Source: a virus (lineage: Duplodnaviria; Caudoviricetes). Taken from it: a DNA stretch of 38,939 bases. The stretch lies in IMG/VR virus record IMGVR_UViG_3300024232_000035, positions 1 to 38,939 of that record; one strand, written 5' to 3'. Each line of letters begins with the position of its first letter. Position 1 is the stretch's first letter. Positions 15,475 through 23,384 of this stretch are shown piece after piece. A program made the position numbers and the translations under genes. The notes beneath the pieces are model-generated. The model did no database searches, was not told where the DNA came from, and worked only from the letters and a program-made list of their open reading frames with translations.

Positions 15475-15562
15475 AGCCGCGCCAGGCGCAGAACACGCGG
15501 GCTGGCCGTGCTACGGTACGGCCCGCGCGCCGCGTCATACATCAAATTTTATGCGATAGGCG

Positions 15563-15612
15563 TTGATGCGCCCCTGGCTTGATGCTAGGATGCTGATGTT
15601 GGTTGGTTTTGT
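15563..15612 (+). promoter_or_regulatory. Early promoter P5 with conserved downstream 18-mer
   Basis: TTGATG (15563-15568), 17 nt, TAGGAT (15586-15591), 3 nt, GATGTTGGTTGGTTTTGT (15595-15612); GC hairpin upstream at 15496-15527. Confidence 0.75.
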
Positions 15613-15628
15613 AACAGGAAACACGGAA

Positions 15629-17167
15629 ATGACTTACACGCTCCTCAACGGTTTTGCGGCCTCCGAGCACCAGGCGGCCATTTTCGAAGCAATCGCGAAC
15701 GTCCGGTCCGGCTCGCTCATCGTGAAGTCGGTTGCAGGCTCGGGCAAGACCACGGTCATCAAGAACGCGCTCCGCTACATGCAGGCGGGCGCAGCGGTCC
15801 AAGGGCTGGCGTTTAACGTCGAGGCCGCAAACAATCTCAAGACCGCCCTGTCGGAAGTCATGGAGGCGGACGGTGCGGCACGGTACAAAGGCGTCCGGAT
15901 GGGGACGTTCCACTCGGTCGGCATGGGCGCGATCCGCCGCTACCTCAACCTCCCGGACGCGCAAGTGTCCGTGAAGTCGAACAAGTGCCGGACCCTCCTG
16001 CGGGACCGCGTGCAAGAGGATGAGTTCGAACTGTATTCGTCCTTCGTGTGCAAGCTGGTCGGTCTGGCCAAGGGCGAAGGCATCGGCTGCATTCAGGCCG
16101 ATAGCGAGGACAACTGGTATCGGATTATCGACCATCACGGCATGTACCTGGACAGCGTCGACGCGACCATCGAGCGAGCCGTCGACCTGGCGCAGAAGCT
16201 CCTGGCGCTGTCGAACAAGCGGGCGCAGACCGGCGAGCTGGACTTTGATGATCAGCTCTACATGGTCGAAATGTGGAACCTCCGGCTCTGGCAGAACGAC
16301 ATCGTATTCGTGGACGAGGCGCAGGACACGAACCCGATTCGTCGCGCGCTGGTCCGCCGGATGCTGAAGCCGCGCGGCCGGGTCGTAGCGGTGGGCGATC
16401 CCCGCCAGTCCATCTACGGCTTCACCGGGGCGAGCACCGACGCGATGGAACTCATCGCGGCGCAGTTCCGCACGCGGGAGCTTCCGTTGACCGTGTCCTA
16501 CCGCTGCGCTCGCAGCGTGGTGCGCCAGGCGCAGTCATGGGTCGAATACATCGAGCCCTCCAGCTTTGCGGACGAGGGTGAGGTGAAGCACAACGTTCCG
16601 TTGGCCGAGGCGCTGGCCACATTGCAGCAGAGCGACGCGGTCCTCTGCCGGCAGACGAACCCGCTAGTCACCCTAGCGTACCGCATCATCGCATCGGGTC
16701 GGGCCGCACGGGTCGCAGGCAAAGAAATCGGCGAGGGTCTGGTAAACCTCATCATGCTGCAACGGGCACGCGGAATCGACGCACTCATCGAGAAGCTGAA
16801 TGCCTGGCGCGACCGGGAAGTCGCGAAGCTCCTGAAAAAGGAAGATGAGGCGGCGGCGGAATGCTTGCGCGACCGGGTTGAGTGCATCATGGTCATCATC
16901 AAGAACCTGCCGGAGACGAAGCGGACCATCCCTGGGCTGGTCGAGCACATCACCACGTTGTTCACCGACGACAAGTCCAGCAACGCGCTGACGCTGTCGA
17001 CGGTCCACAAGGCCAAGGGGCAGGAGTGGAATCGGGTCGCCATTCTGGAGCCGAGCTTGATGCCGAGCAAGGCAGCCCGCCAGGACTGGCAGCTCCAGCA
17101 GGAAGAGAACCTGATGTACGTTGCAGCAACCCGCGCGAAGCAGACTCTCCTCTACCTGGAAGGTTAG
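15629..17167 (+). CDS. UvrD/Rep-like superfamily 1 helicase
   Basis: VAGSGKTT, FVDEAQD, VGDPRQSIYGF, SYRC, STVHKAKGQEW and YVAATRAK motifs. Start reassigned to ATG 15629 downstream of P5. Confidence 0.93.
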   Translation: MTYTLLNGFAASEHQAAIFEAIANVRSGSLIVKSVAGSGKTTVIKNALRYMQAGAAVQGLAFNVEAANNLKTALSEVMEADGAARYKGVRMGTFHSVGMGAIRRYLNLPDAQVSVKSNKCRTLLRDRVQEDEFELYSSFVCKLVGLAKGEGIGCIQADSEDNWYRIIDHHGMYLDSVDATIERAVDLAQKLLALSNKRAQTGELDFDDQLYMVEMWNLRLWQNDIVFVDEAQDTNPIRRALVRRMLKPRGRVVAVGDPRQSIYGFTGASTDAMELIAAQFRTRELPLTVSYRCARSVVRQAQSWVEYIEPSSFADEGEVKHNVPLAEALATLQQSDAVLCRQTNPLVTLAYRIIASGRAARVAGKEIGEGLVNLIMLQRARGIDALIEKLNAWRDREVAKLLKKEDEAAAECLRDRVECIMVIIKNLPETKRTIPGLVEHITTLFTDDKSSNALTLSTVHKAKGQEWNRVAILEPSLMPSKAARQDWQLQQEENLMYVAATRAKQTLLYLEG

Positions 17168-17280
17168 AGGATGTGGTATAAGGTGGGGGCATAAAGACCT
17201 CACCTTATGCCATGGAGAAAAGCGATGTAGACGAATGGCGAGTGGGGGCGTAGCCCCCACCTTAATGATGGAGAGAAGCA

Positions 17281-17499
17281 ATGAGCAAAGACATCAGCAG
17301 TCTTGATCGGGCTGCGCGAGAAGAAATTTATTTAATGCAAGTGCGTGAAGCTTTAGACTATGGAGGGGATGACGACTTTGCTTCAGCGCAATGGTTATTG
17401 CCCGCATTGAGCACCGTCGACGTGTTTGCGCATGAGCTTATGGCTGTAGCGTTTGCTGAAATACGAAGGCGCGCGCAGGAGGAAAACAATGAGCAGTGA
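17281..17499 (+). CDS. Hypothetical protein (72 aa)
   Basis: GGAG SD; follows a structured intergenic region. Confidence 0.6.
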   Translation: MSKDISSLDRAAREEIYLMQVREALDYGGDDDFASAQWLLPALSTVDVFAHELMAVAFAEIRRRAQEENNEQ

Positions 17500-17869
17500 T
17501 TGCGTCTACTGCCGAAGACCGATGCTTCGGTCGAAGCAGCATCCGAACCATCCTCGCCGAGCATCGCAGGACCACATCATGCCGATGGCTTGGGGTCCTG
17601 GCCCAGGGGCGGACATAGAGCTACGGCCCTGCTGCCAGGAATGCAACACGCTGAGAGCTGCGTGCGGGCACTGCATTGGGGCGATGGCCGCCGTGCATCA
17701 GGTAGCCAAAGCCGAGCGGCACCCCGCAATGGCGGTCGCGCGCCGCTGGCGCATGTGGTACATTGCATCGCTCATGCCAGACCCCAGGGCGCGCGCCAGG
17801 GCGCATGAACACGGTGGGGGCGCTACCATACCAGCGGCCCGCGTTCACCCCACTGTCCGGCCACTGTAG
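17489..17869 (+). CDS. HNH-endonuclease-like zinc-finger protein
   Basis: CVYC...QDHIMP...CCQECN pattern; AGGAGG SD before ATG 17489. Confidence 0.65.
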   Translation: MSSDCVYCRRPMLRSKQHPNHPRRASQDHIMPMAWGPGPGADIELRPCCQECNTLRAACGHCIGAMAAVHQVAKAERHPAMAVARRWRMWYIASLMPDPRARARAHEHGGGATIPAARVHPTVRPL

Positions 17870-17877
17870 GAGGTTCC

Positions 17878-18132
17878 ATGGAACGGTATCAATTGCGCCT
17901 GGCGGTAGCTGACCGGCTTGACCTGTTGCGGACGGAGTGCCTGGGCGAACCCACCGACGAGCAGCTCGCCCAGGCGCTAGACGCCGCGTTCCTGAGCCGC
18001 TGCGCTGTCCATGGTGCGACCATCGTCCGCGACTTGCGTGACGACCGCCTGGGCCGGCGTAGCCAGACCATCCCCGACGAGGATGTTATTAACGCGGTAG
18101 AAGACGCTCGCTGGAACCAGGATTACGACTAG
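17878..18132 (+). CDS. Hypothetical protein (84 aa), last gene of the + arm
   Basis: AGGAGG SD; its stop overlaps the stop of the convergent LysM gene (CTAG). Confidence 0.7.
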   Translation: MERYQLRLAVADRLDLLRTECLGEPTDEQLAQALDAAFLSRCAVHGATIVRDLRDDRLGRRSQTIPDEDVINAVEDARWNQDYD

Positions 18133-18413
18133 GTAAGCCAGCTCGCGGGAATGCGGATGACGTCACCAGGCTGAATCCGCTTCTCTGCGCCCTCTTGCAT
18201 GAGCTGAGGATTAAGCGGGCGCATCTCTATCCAGCGGCCGCCGTCACCTGGCTTGCCGTCGCGGGTGAGTGCCTTTTCGGTGATGCCGTATAGGGTGTCC
18301 CCGGCAACGACTGTGACAGTGGCGACCTTCTGTTCGGCTGGGGTTTCTTCCTGTTCGCAACTGCTGAACAAGTGTTTAATCTCGTCTCGGATAACGCCTA
18401 GGATATCTTTCAT
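18129..18413 (-). CDS. LysM-domain protein
   Basis: VTVVAGDTLYGI...W.E...LNP...IQPGDVIRIP; AGGAGG SD. Confidence 0.85.
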   Translation of the reverse strand: MKDILGVIRDEIKHLFSSCEQEETPAEQKVATVTVVAGDTLYGITEKALTRDGKPGDGGRWIEMRPLNPQLMQEGAEKRIQPGDVIRIPASWLT

Positions 18414-19165
18414 ATTACCACCTCCTGAAGATTAGTCTTGTCTTCCCGTGCGGTACGACGGAAGGTTCTTGCTATAGCTCTGCGACCAGCAAGCCCGTCC
18501 GCCTTGTCCGCCATTATTTTCGTCCACTTGCCATCGACCTGGAGGCTCATATAGCCGCCCGGTGTTAGGGACGGACACGGCGCGTGAAGCTTCTTGAGAT
18601 GGTCATATTGTAGTAGAGCCTGAGTGTCTGTGCTGAAGTAAGATGGGTAGACGAAGTTCGTCATCGACTGCCCATAGATTAGATATGCCTGGTCGTCAGA
18701 TTCTACCGCATCACAGACCTCAAAGGCTGCGAACCGTTTTCCTGGGCCGGGCATCCGCCACACACGCTCAATCGACGGGTCCGCAATGGTTTCAAGGATC
18801 TCATGTCCTAACGTAACCTGCCAGTTGAGCTCATGTAAGACACAGTCCCCAGCGAATACGCGTCCATGAATTGGGAAGTTTTGCTTGATATCATCATCGT
18901 GCCAGCCCAGGACGCCGGGGTCTGTCGAGTGCCGATTGATAAAGATTGGCCAGCTATCTTTCTTGATAGGCCACTGACTGCTCAATGTGTGGAATATAAC
19001 ATCGCTCGACACGAACTCTAGTCTATAGGACGTTTCCGAGAAATACTTGCCCCACACTGGCAGAAAGTCACGGTCGATTTGTTTCTGATACGCCCGTATC
19101 GAGTTCCGGACAACATTGTCTCGGAGAACCATCGAGGCATTGACAATGGTTATGACTTGGGTCAT
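18410..19165 (-). CDS. Zincin-like putative metallopeptidase (HExxE)
   Basis: LGWH, TLGHEILETIADP, EVCDAVE and NFVYPSYF; AGGAGG SD. Confidence 0.6.
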   Translation of the reverse strand: MTQVITIVNASMVLRDNVVRNSIRAYQKQIDRDFLPVWGKYFSETSYRLEFVSSDVIFHTLSSQWPIKKDSWPIFINRHSTDPGVLGWHDDDIKQNFPIHGRVFAGDCVLHELNWQVTLGHEILETIADPSIERVWRMPGPGKRFAAFEVCDAVESDDQAYLIYGQSMTNFVYPSYFSTDTQALLQYDHLKKLHAPCPSLTPGGYMSLQVDGKWTKIMADKADGLAGRRAIARTFRRTAREDKTNLQEVVI

Positions 19166-19173
19166 ACAGCCTC

Positions 19174-19533
19174 CTATGGCGAATTAGATGGCGGCGGTGG
19201 AACAACCACGACAACCGGCTCTCCGGCCTTGGCGCTCTCGTTCGCTGAGATAGTCGCGGACGCTACCGAGCCTGCATGATCGTCCGCCGTGCTCTTATAT
19301 TTTTGAATCGCGGACCAAACGCCTGTTGCGATCCACAGCAATCCGCCTCCAATGCTAAGGATTGCGGCGCTAATCGCTGTAAGTTTAGCATCACTCCATT
19401 CTACGCCAGCAAAGACGCCGATCGCGCCTAAGCCCGCGACGATGTTCCGGAGCTGCCCTGCGAGTAGAGTAATCGCGCTCGGACTGGGAGCAATAAATTT
19501 TGTTTTAGATAGAATGTCGCTGGCGTCCATCAT
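19174..19533 (-). CDS. Putative holin (two TM segments)
   Basis: Hydrophobic segments IVAGLGAIGVFAG and ISAAILSIGGGLLWIATGVW; lysis-cassette position. Start is ATG 19533 or 19530 after GGAG. Confidence 0.55.
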   Translation of the reverse strand: MMDASDILSKTKFIAPSPSAITLLAGQLRNIVAGLGAIGVFAGVEWSDAKLTAISAAILSIGGGLLWIATGVWSAIQKYKSTADDHAGSVASATISANESAKAGEPVVVVVPPPPSNSP

Positions 19534-20450
19534 TAACTCCAAGGCCACTTATACTTAGCCGGTTGAAAGTTCTGCCCAGGAAACATCTTCAGCGTCGCGC
19601 GCATATCCGCCTTCTGCCATCCGATATCTGGACAATCGATAAACTTGATCTTCGGATCTCGATAATCTAAATCCTCCCCTGGGCCTTTAACACATTTGAA
19701 CCATATCCGACAACCACGAAATTGGATGCAGGCAAAGCCTTCAACCTTCTTCGCGCTTGCCTCGCTAGTGTTATCATATTGTTTAGAGATGATTACTGGC
19801 TCGTTGTAATAGAAGATCCAACCATTCGGCCATTGATACGGAATGTTGAGCCACTCGAGCCTCGTCCTAGTGAACCCATGATTTATAGGATCGGGACAGC
19901 CAGTCCGGCCCGTCGTGGCACGCTGTCCATAAACTCGTTCCGACCAACGTCCGGTCGGTACAGTCTCGTCGGCGATAACCCAACCGTGATTCTTTGCTTC
20001 GCACGGATTAAAGAATTGATCTACGCCAGGTGTCCCGCTGTCTTTGGTCCCCAAGATGCGGACCTCCATCTTCCCGTCGACATTCTTGTAATATTCGTAG
20101 ACTTCACCGCCATTATTTGCATTCGTGTCGACGGTGCTATAGTCGGTCGGCAATGCCTCGTCCCACGACCAAATCTTCGCGCTGAATTCGTGCTTGTCAT
20201 CGACCACGAACCAACGGAAGATGTCTGTCGTCATATAGCCACTGGTCCCGATACCCCAATCGCGATATCGAGTGTGGACGGTGCTATTGAATTCGATGGG
20301 CTTCAGCTCGCTGTCCAGACAGAACTTCGGTGGAGAACCGTCCGGACATTCGTACTGGTAAATATACTGCCTTAAATCCACCTGGGCTTGCGCTGTCGTG
20401 GCCAGGGCGAGGGCGGAAAGGCCCAGGGCGGTACAGAGTACCCTTAGCAA
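19533..20450 (-). CDS. Exported Cys/Trp-rich protein of unknown function
   Basis: Sec-type signal peptide MLRVLCTALGLSALALATTAQA-Q; overlaps both neighbours. Confidence 0.65.
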   Translation of the reverse strand: MLRVLCTALGLSALALATTAQAQVDLRQYIYQYECPDGSPPKFCLDSELKPIEFNSTVHTRYRDWGIGTSGYMTTDIFRWFVVDDKHEFSAKIWSWDEALPTDYSTVDTNANNGGEVYEYYKNVDGKMEVRILGTKDSGTPGVDQFFNPCEAKNHGWVIADETVPTGRWSERVYGQRATTGRTGCPDPINHGFTRTRLEWLNIPYQWPNGWIFYYNEPVIISKQYDNTSEASAKKVEGFACIQFRGCRIWFKCVKGPGEDLDYRDPKIKFIDCPDIGWQKADMRATLKMFPGQNFQPAKYKWPWS

Positions 20451-21136
20451 CGTTCAAGGCCTTCTCGTGCGTCCAGCATGGCGCACATTGCGTCCTCAGT
20501 TTGATCTCCCCAATCGCCGTCGACGCGGCCCTTGTAGTATCCAAGCCAGGCCAGGGAGATTTGGATGCTGCGAATCGCGCTAATGATGTCTGCTTGATGA
20601 TCCACGACAGGCGGCGTTGAAGGTACGGGCACGGGCGTTGGTCCGCTGTCCTTAGCTTGGGCGCCGGCAAGGGCTACGCGTGCCTTGGCAATACGAGTCG
20701 GAAGGCTGGCATAAGTCCCATTCTGCGCCTCCCGTGGCCTTTCATAGAATTGTTCGGTGATCCGAGCAGCTTGCTCTAGTCCACGAGCGCCGCGAAGCTG
20801 CCGTAAGAATCCTTCCCACTCTTCTTGTTGCAGCTCATGGACGAGGAATCCATAATTGGCTTCATCGGAAGACGGCGCAAGATGATGCGAAGAGCAGTAG
20901 GCCATAAAGTCTCTCCGGCGCGAGCCGGTCCATTGCGCCCATCCATATCCACCAGCTGAGCCGGCAACCTCTGGACGAATCTCTTGAAGTTTCTTGAACT
21001 CACCGGACTCATATCCCAGGTTGCCGACGAAGCCAGCGGCTTGCTCCATGGACACGTTAAGGTCCGTCATAAGCTGGCGAACGAGCCAACCAGCTCTCGC
21101 TTGAAAGCCAGCTTCTGCGCTCGGCATCGTAGTCAT
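20444..21136 (-). CDS. Endolysin: phage-tail-lysozyme-type catalytic domain plus C-terminal peptidoglycan-binding domain
   Basis: QAAGFVGNLGYESG, GYGWAQWTGSRR and FYERP; Pro-rich linker; IQISLAWLGYYKGRVDGDWGDQTEDA. AGGAG SD. Confidence 0.88.
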   Translation of the reverse strand: MTTMPSAEAGFQARAGWLVRQLMTDLNVSMEQAAGFVGNLGYESGEFKKLQEIRPEVAGSAGGYGWAQWTGSRRRDFMAYCSSHHLAPSSDEANYGFLVHELQQEEWEGFLRQLRGARGLEQAARITEQFYERPREAQNGTYASLPTRIAKARVALAGAQAKDSGPTPVPVPSTPPVVDHQADIISAIRSIQISLAWLGYYKGRVDGDWGDQTEDAMCAMLDAREGLERC

Positions 21137-21330
21137 ATGATTCTCCTAACGGCCCTGCCCAGGGCCTGATTCTGGTTTTCAATGGAGGTGTCGGTCCCGT
21201 ATAGCAGTCGAGCGCGCTCGACACATTTCTCGCGCGTGCCAACGAATCGGGCTAGGCCGTCCACCATGATGGCGTAGCGGCCGTCGTCACCAAGACTTAC
21301 GACCTGGACTGATAGTCCTATCATTCCCAT
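21133..21330 (-). CDS. Hypothetical protein (65 aa)
   Basis: ATGA-coupled to the endolysin. Confidence 0.55.
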   Translation of the reverse strand: MGMIGLSVQVVSLGDDGRYAIMVDGLARFVGTREKCVERARLLYGTDTSIENQNQALGRAVRRII

Positions 21331-21710
21331 GTAACTTTGACGGTATGGGTTTGGCCACGGCCATCTGATACGACCTTGAAGGTTTGGAAGCGGCCGTCTG
21401 CTGTCCCGAAGATTAGGGGCTTCGGAAACCCCTTCAAGTCGTCGTCACCGATGTGCCCGGTCTGGAAGTTATTCTGGCGGTCGAGTCCATACCAACGATT
21501 GACCCCAGACAAGAAGCTGTCATTTAGGCCGGCGACGACTGGCTCGGGGCTGTCCGCGACGTAGCCATTGCGCGGCTCCGGTGTCTTGGCACCTTCGACT
21601 ACTTTGCCAGAACCGCCGCATGTATCACACAGCGCCGTCCGGAGATATACTTTTTCATGGACACGCGAGACCGTGCCTTCGCCTTGACACTTGGAGCATA
21701 CTATCAACAT
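21321..21710 (-). CDS. DnaJ-type CxxCxGxG zinc-finger protein
   Basis: CSKCQGEG and CDTCGGSG; GGGAG SD. Confidence 0.65.
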   Translation of the reverse strand: MLIVCSKCQGEGTVSRVHEKVYLRTALCDTCGGSGKVVEGAKTPEPRNGYVADSPEPVVAGLNDSFLSGVNRWYGLDRQNNFQTGHIGDDDLKGFPKPLIFGTADGRFQTFKVVSDGRGQTHTVKVTWE

Positions 21711-22228
21711 GATCCATTCTCCCTAGCTGTTCCAAGTATTTCTTTGAGCTTATCGTCAAGGTCATCACTTAAGCCAAAGAATCCTCGTAAGCTTAGAATA
21801 GATATTACAGGCTGCTCACCTCTCCGCAAAGCGATATCATTGTGAGTGACTATGATTTGAATCATCTGGTTGAGTGCATGTCGAAGCCGTGCATTTCCAC
21901 GTTCAGAAAGAACCACGGCCTCGGTCATCTTATCATTGGCAGTTATCGCATTCTCGAGGCGTTTTTCGAGTGTTGCGATTTGCGCCGAATAACGCTGCGA
22001 GTCCTCGTCACGCCAGCGGCGCTGGGACTCGGTTTCGGTCTTGTAATTTTCGATCAGCTCTTGCTGAGTTTCGATTTCGCGCGCGCGTTCAGCCTCGCGC
22101 TCCGATCGTCGGCCGCCTAGCCAGTGTTGAACGATACCGCTATTCGCGATGACAAGAATAATCGCAACGATCGACAGGATCGCCCCGCTATTTATATGCT
22201 TTGCAAGTTCGGCGATCAGGCCTTCCAC
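21704..22228 (-). CDS. Membrane-anchored coiled-coil protein (lysis-associated candidate)
   Basis: Start reassigned to GTG 22228 after GAGG; TM segment GAILSIVAIILVIANSGIV followed by a long charged helix. Confidence 0.65.
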   Translation of the reverse strand: MEGLIAELAKHINSGAILSIVAIILVIANSGIVQHWLGGRRSEREAERAREIETQQELIENYKTETESQRRWRDEDSQRYSAQIATLEKRLENAITANDKMTEAVVLSERGNARLRHALNQMIQIIVTHNDIALRRGEQPVISILSLRGFFGLSDDLDDKLKEILGTARENGSC

Positions 22229-22617
22229 CGAGCGCCTCTTAGCAAAGTACATATATAAAGCTGAACTATTGCTGAAAGAATTGCATTTGATAGCGCGTAT
22301 GTCACTAGATGGCCTTGAAATAATCCAATGGCAAGCGCGGACCAGGAAAAGCACGCGATGCCGGCACTCCATCGTTGGAGGGAGTGTGGTTTATCCGGCC
22401 TGATAAGAGCAAAGAATTGGAGGGCTGCCGTTAAGAGTAGCAGGATCATCCATCTCTTTCCATCCATGTGGAAAGATACTCCTGGAGCGAGTGTTATTCG
22501 TCCTAGCTCGAGGCGAGGGTCTGAGGCTATGCCCAGGGCGAGCCCCTGGACGAACGCATGTGTCGCAAGCACCCATTCAAGGGCGCACCGCGGAACGGAA
22601 CACGGCGCCGCATTCAT
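22216..22617 (-). CDS. Multi-pass membrane protein (holin-like candidate)
   Basis: Start reassigned to ATG 22617 (TGATG overlap, GAGG SD); about four hydrophobic segments. Confidence 0.6.
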   Translation of the reverse strand: MNAAPCSVPRCALEWVLATHAFVQGLALGIASDPRLELGRITLAPGVSFHMDGKRWMILLLLTAALQFFALIRPDKPHSLQRWSAGIACFSWSALAIGLFQGHLVTYALSNAILSAIVQLYICTLLRGARWKA

Positions 22618-23384
22618 CACAGCACCTCTTCGAGATCGATAGCTACTTCCTTCACGCCATACTTGACGTACCGCATTGGATTCAATCCGGTAAACCGTGC
22701 CAGAAAGGCGGAGTAAGGCCATTTCGTGTTATCCGTTGGATGTGGTAGCCAGATGAACGGGAGGTTGATATCAAAGGTATTATACATCGTAAAGAAGAAG
22801 GTCAGACTTTCAGCCTCCGGGACTGTGAACGTAGCCGAGAACGTCCTGGGCTTGTCGCGCCGGTCATAGTATTTTGCGCCGCCCAGTGTCTCGACTGGCA
22901 CGGTACGGACTCTATATCCCAGCTCAGCACCGAATGTGAAGTTGTATGTCGGCTGTGCAGAGGTTGCCAGCTCGAGATATCCTATCTGGACATAGCCGGC
23001 TGGATTGCTTGTGTCGGCAATATCAATCTGGAACGAGCGGACGTTATAGTTTGTGCCGGCGCCCCACCAGACGCCGCCTGGCCATGCGATCGCGCCGCTG
23101 TCGTAGATGTTAGTCGTCCAGGCTGCATCGCTGTAGAACCGTATGCGAACGGTCGCAGAAGACTGTAGGTTCGTGCCAGACAGCATGACGACGCCAATGC
23201 TGTGCGCAGCAGCCGCAGTCCCTTTGATTATGGTGCTGCCAGTCGTGGCATTCGTAGTCCGTGCGACTCGAGACAATGGAAGCGAGAACAGATTCGTTAT
23301 CGGATAACTCGCGTTATACGAGCCGCCCGACAACGTGTAGAAGGCCGACATGCTAGTTGAACCGAACACTGCCGACGTAGCCAC
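22617..23384 (-). CDS. Tail-tip / baseplate-associated structural protein
   Basis: Position after the tail-tip genes; beta-rich. YPITNL..ART, GYVQIG and GAKYYDRRDKPRTF patterns typical of siphophage tail modules. Confidence 0.65.
   Translation of the reverse strand: MATSAVFGSTSMSAFYTLSGGSYNASYPITNLFSLPLSRVARTTNATTGSTIIKGTAAAAHSIGVVMLSGTNLQSSATVRIRFYSDAAWTTNIYDSGAIAWPGGVWWGAGTNYNVRSFQIDIADTSNPAGYVQIGYLELATSAQPTYNFTFGAELGYRVRTVPVETLGGAKYYDRRDKPRTFSATFTVPEAESLTFFFTMYNTFDINLPFIWLPHPTDNTKWPYSAFLARFTGLNPMRYVKYGVKEVAIDLEEVL

Noticed and set aside
15563-15628. N-terminal extension of the helicase in the ORF track (also the extensions at 3713, 4666, 8973, 12201, 12379, 22372, 22722, 34786 and 38299)
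   Set aside because: The extensions run through promoters or upstream genes; downstream starts have SD sequences or stop-start overlaps.
18100-18160. Terminator between the convergent arms
   Set aside because: The two stop codons overlap (CTAG at 18129-18132) and I see no convincing hairpin with a U-tract.
18354-18413. Lipoprotein (o-spanin) signal LFSSC in the LysM protein
   Set aside because: The preceding residues are charged (RDEIKH), so there is no hydrophobic signal peptide.
19722-20375. 217-aa + strand ORF
   Set aside because: Antisense shadow of the exported-protein gene within a tightly coupled - strand operon; no motifs.
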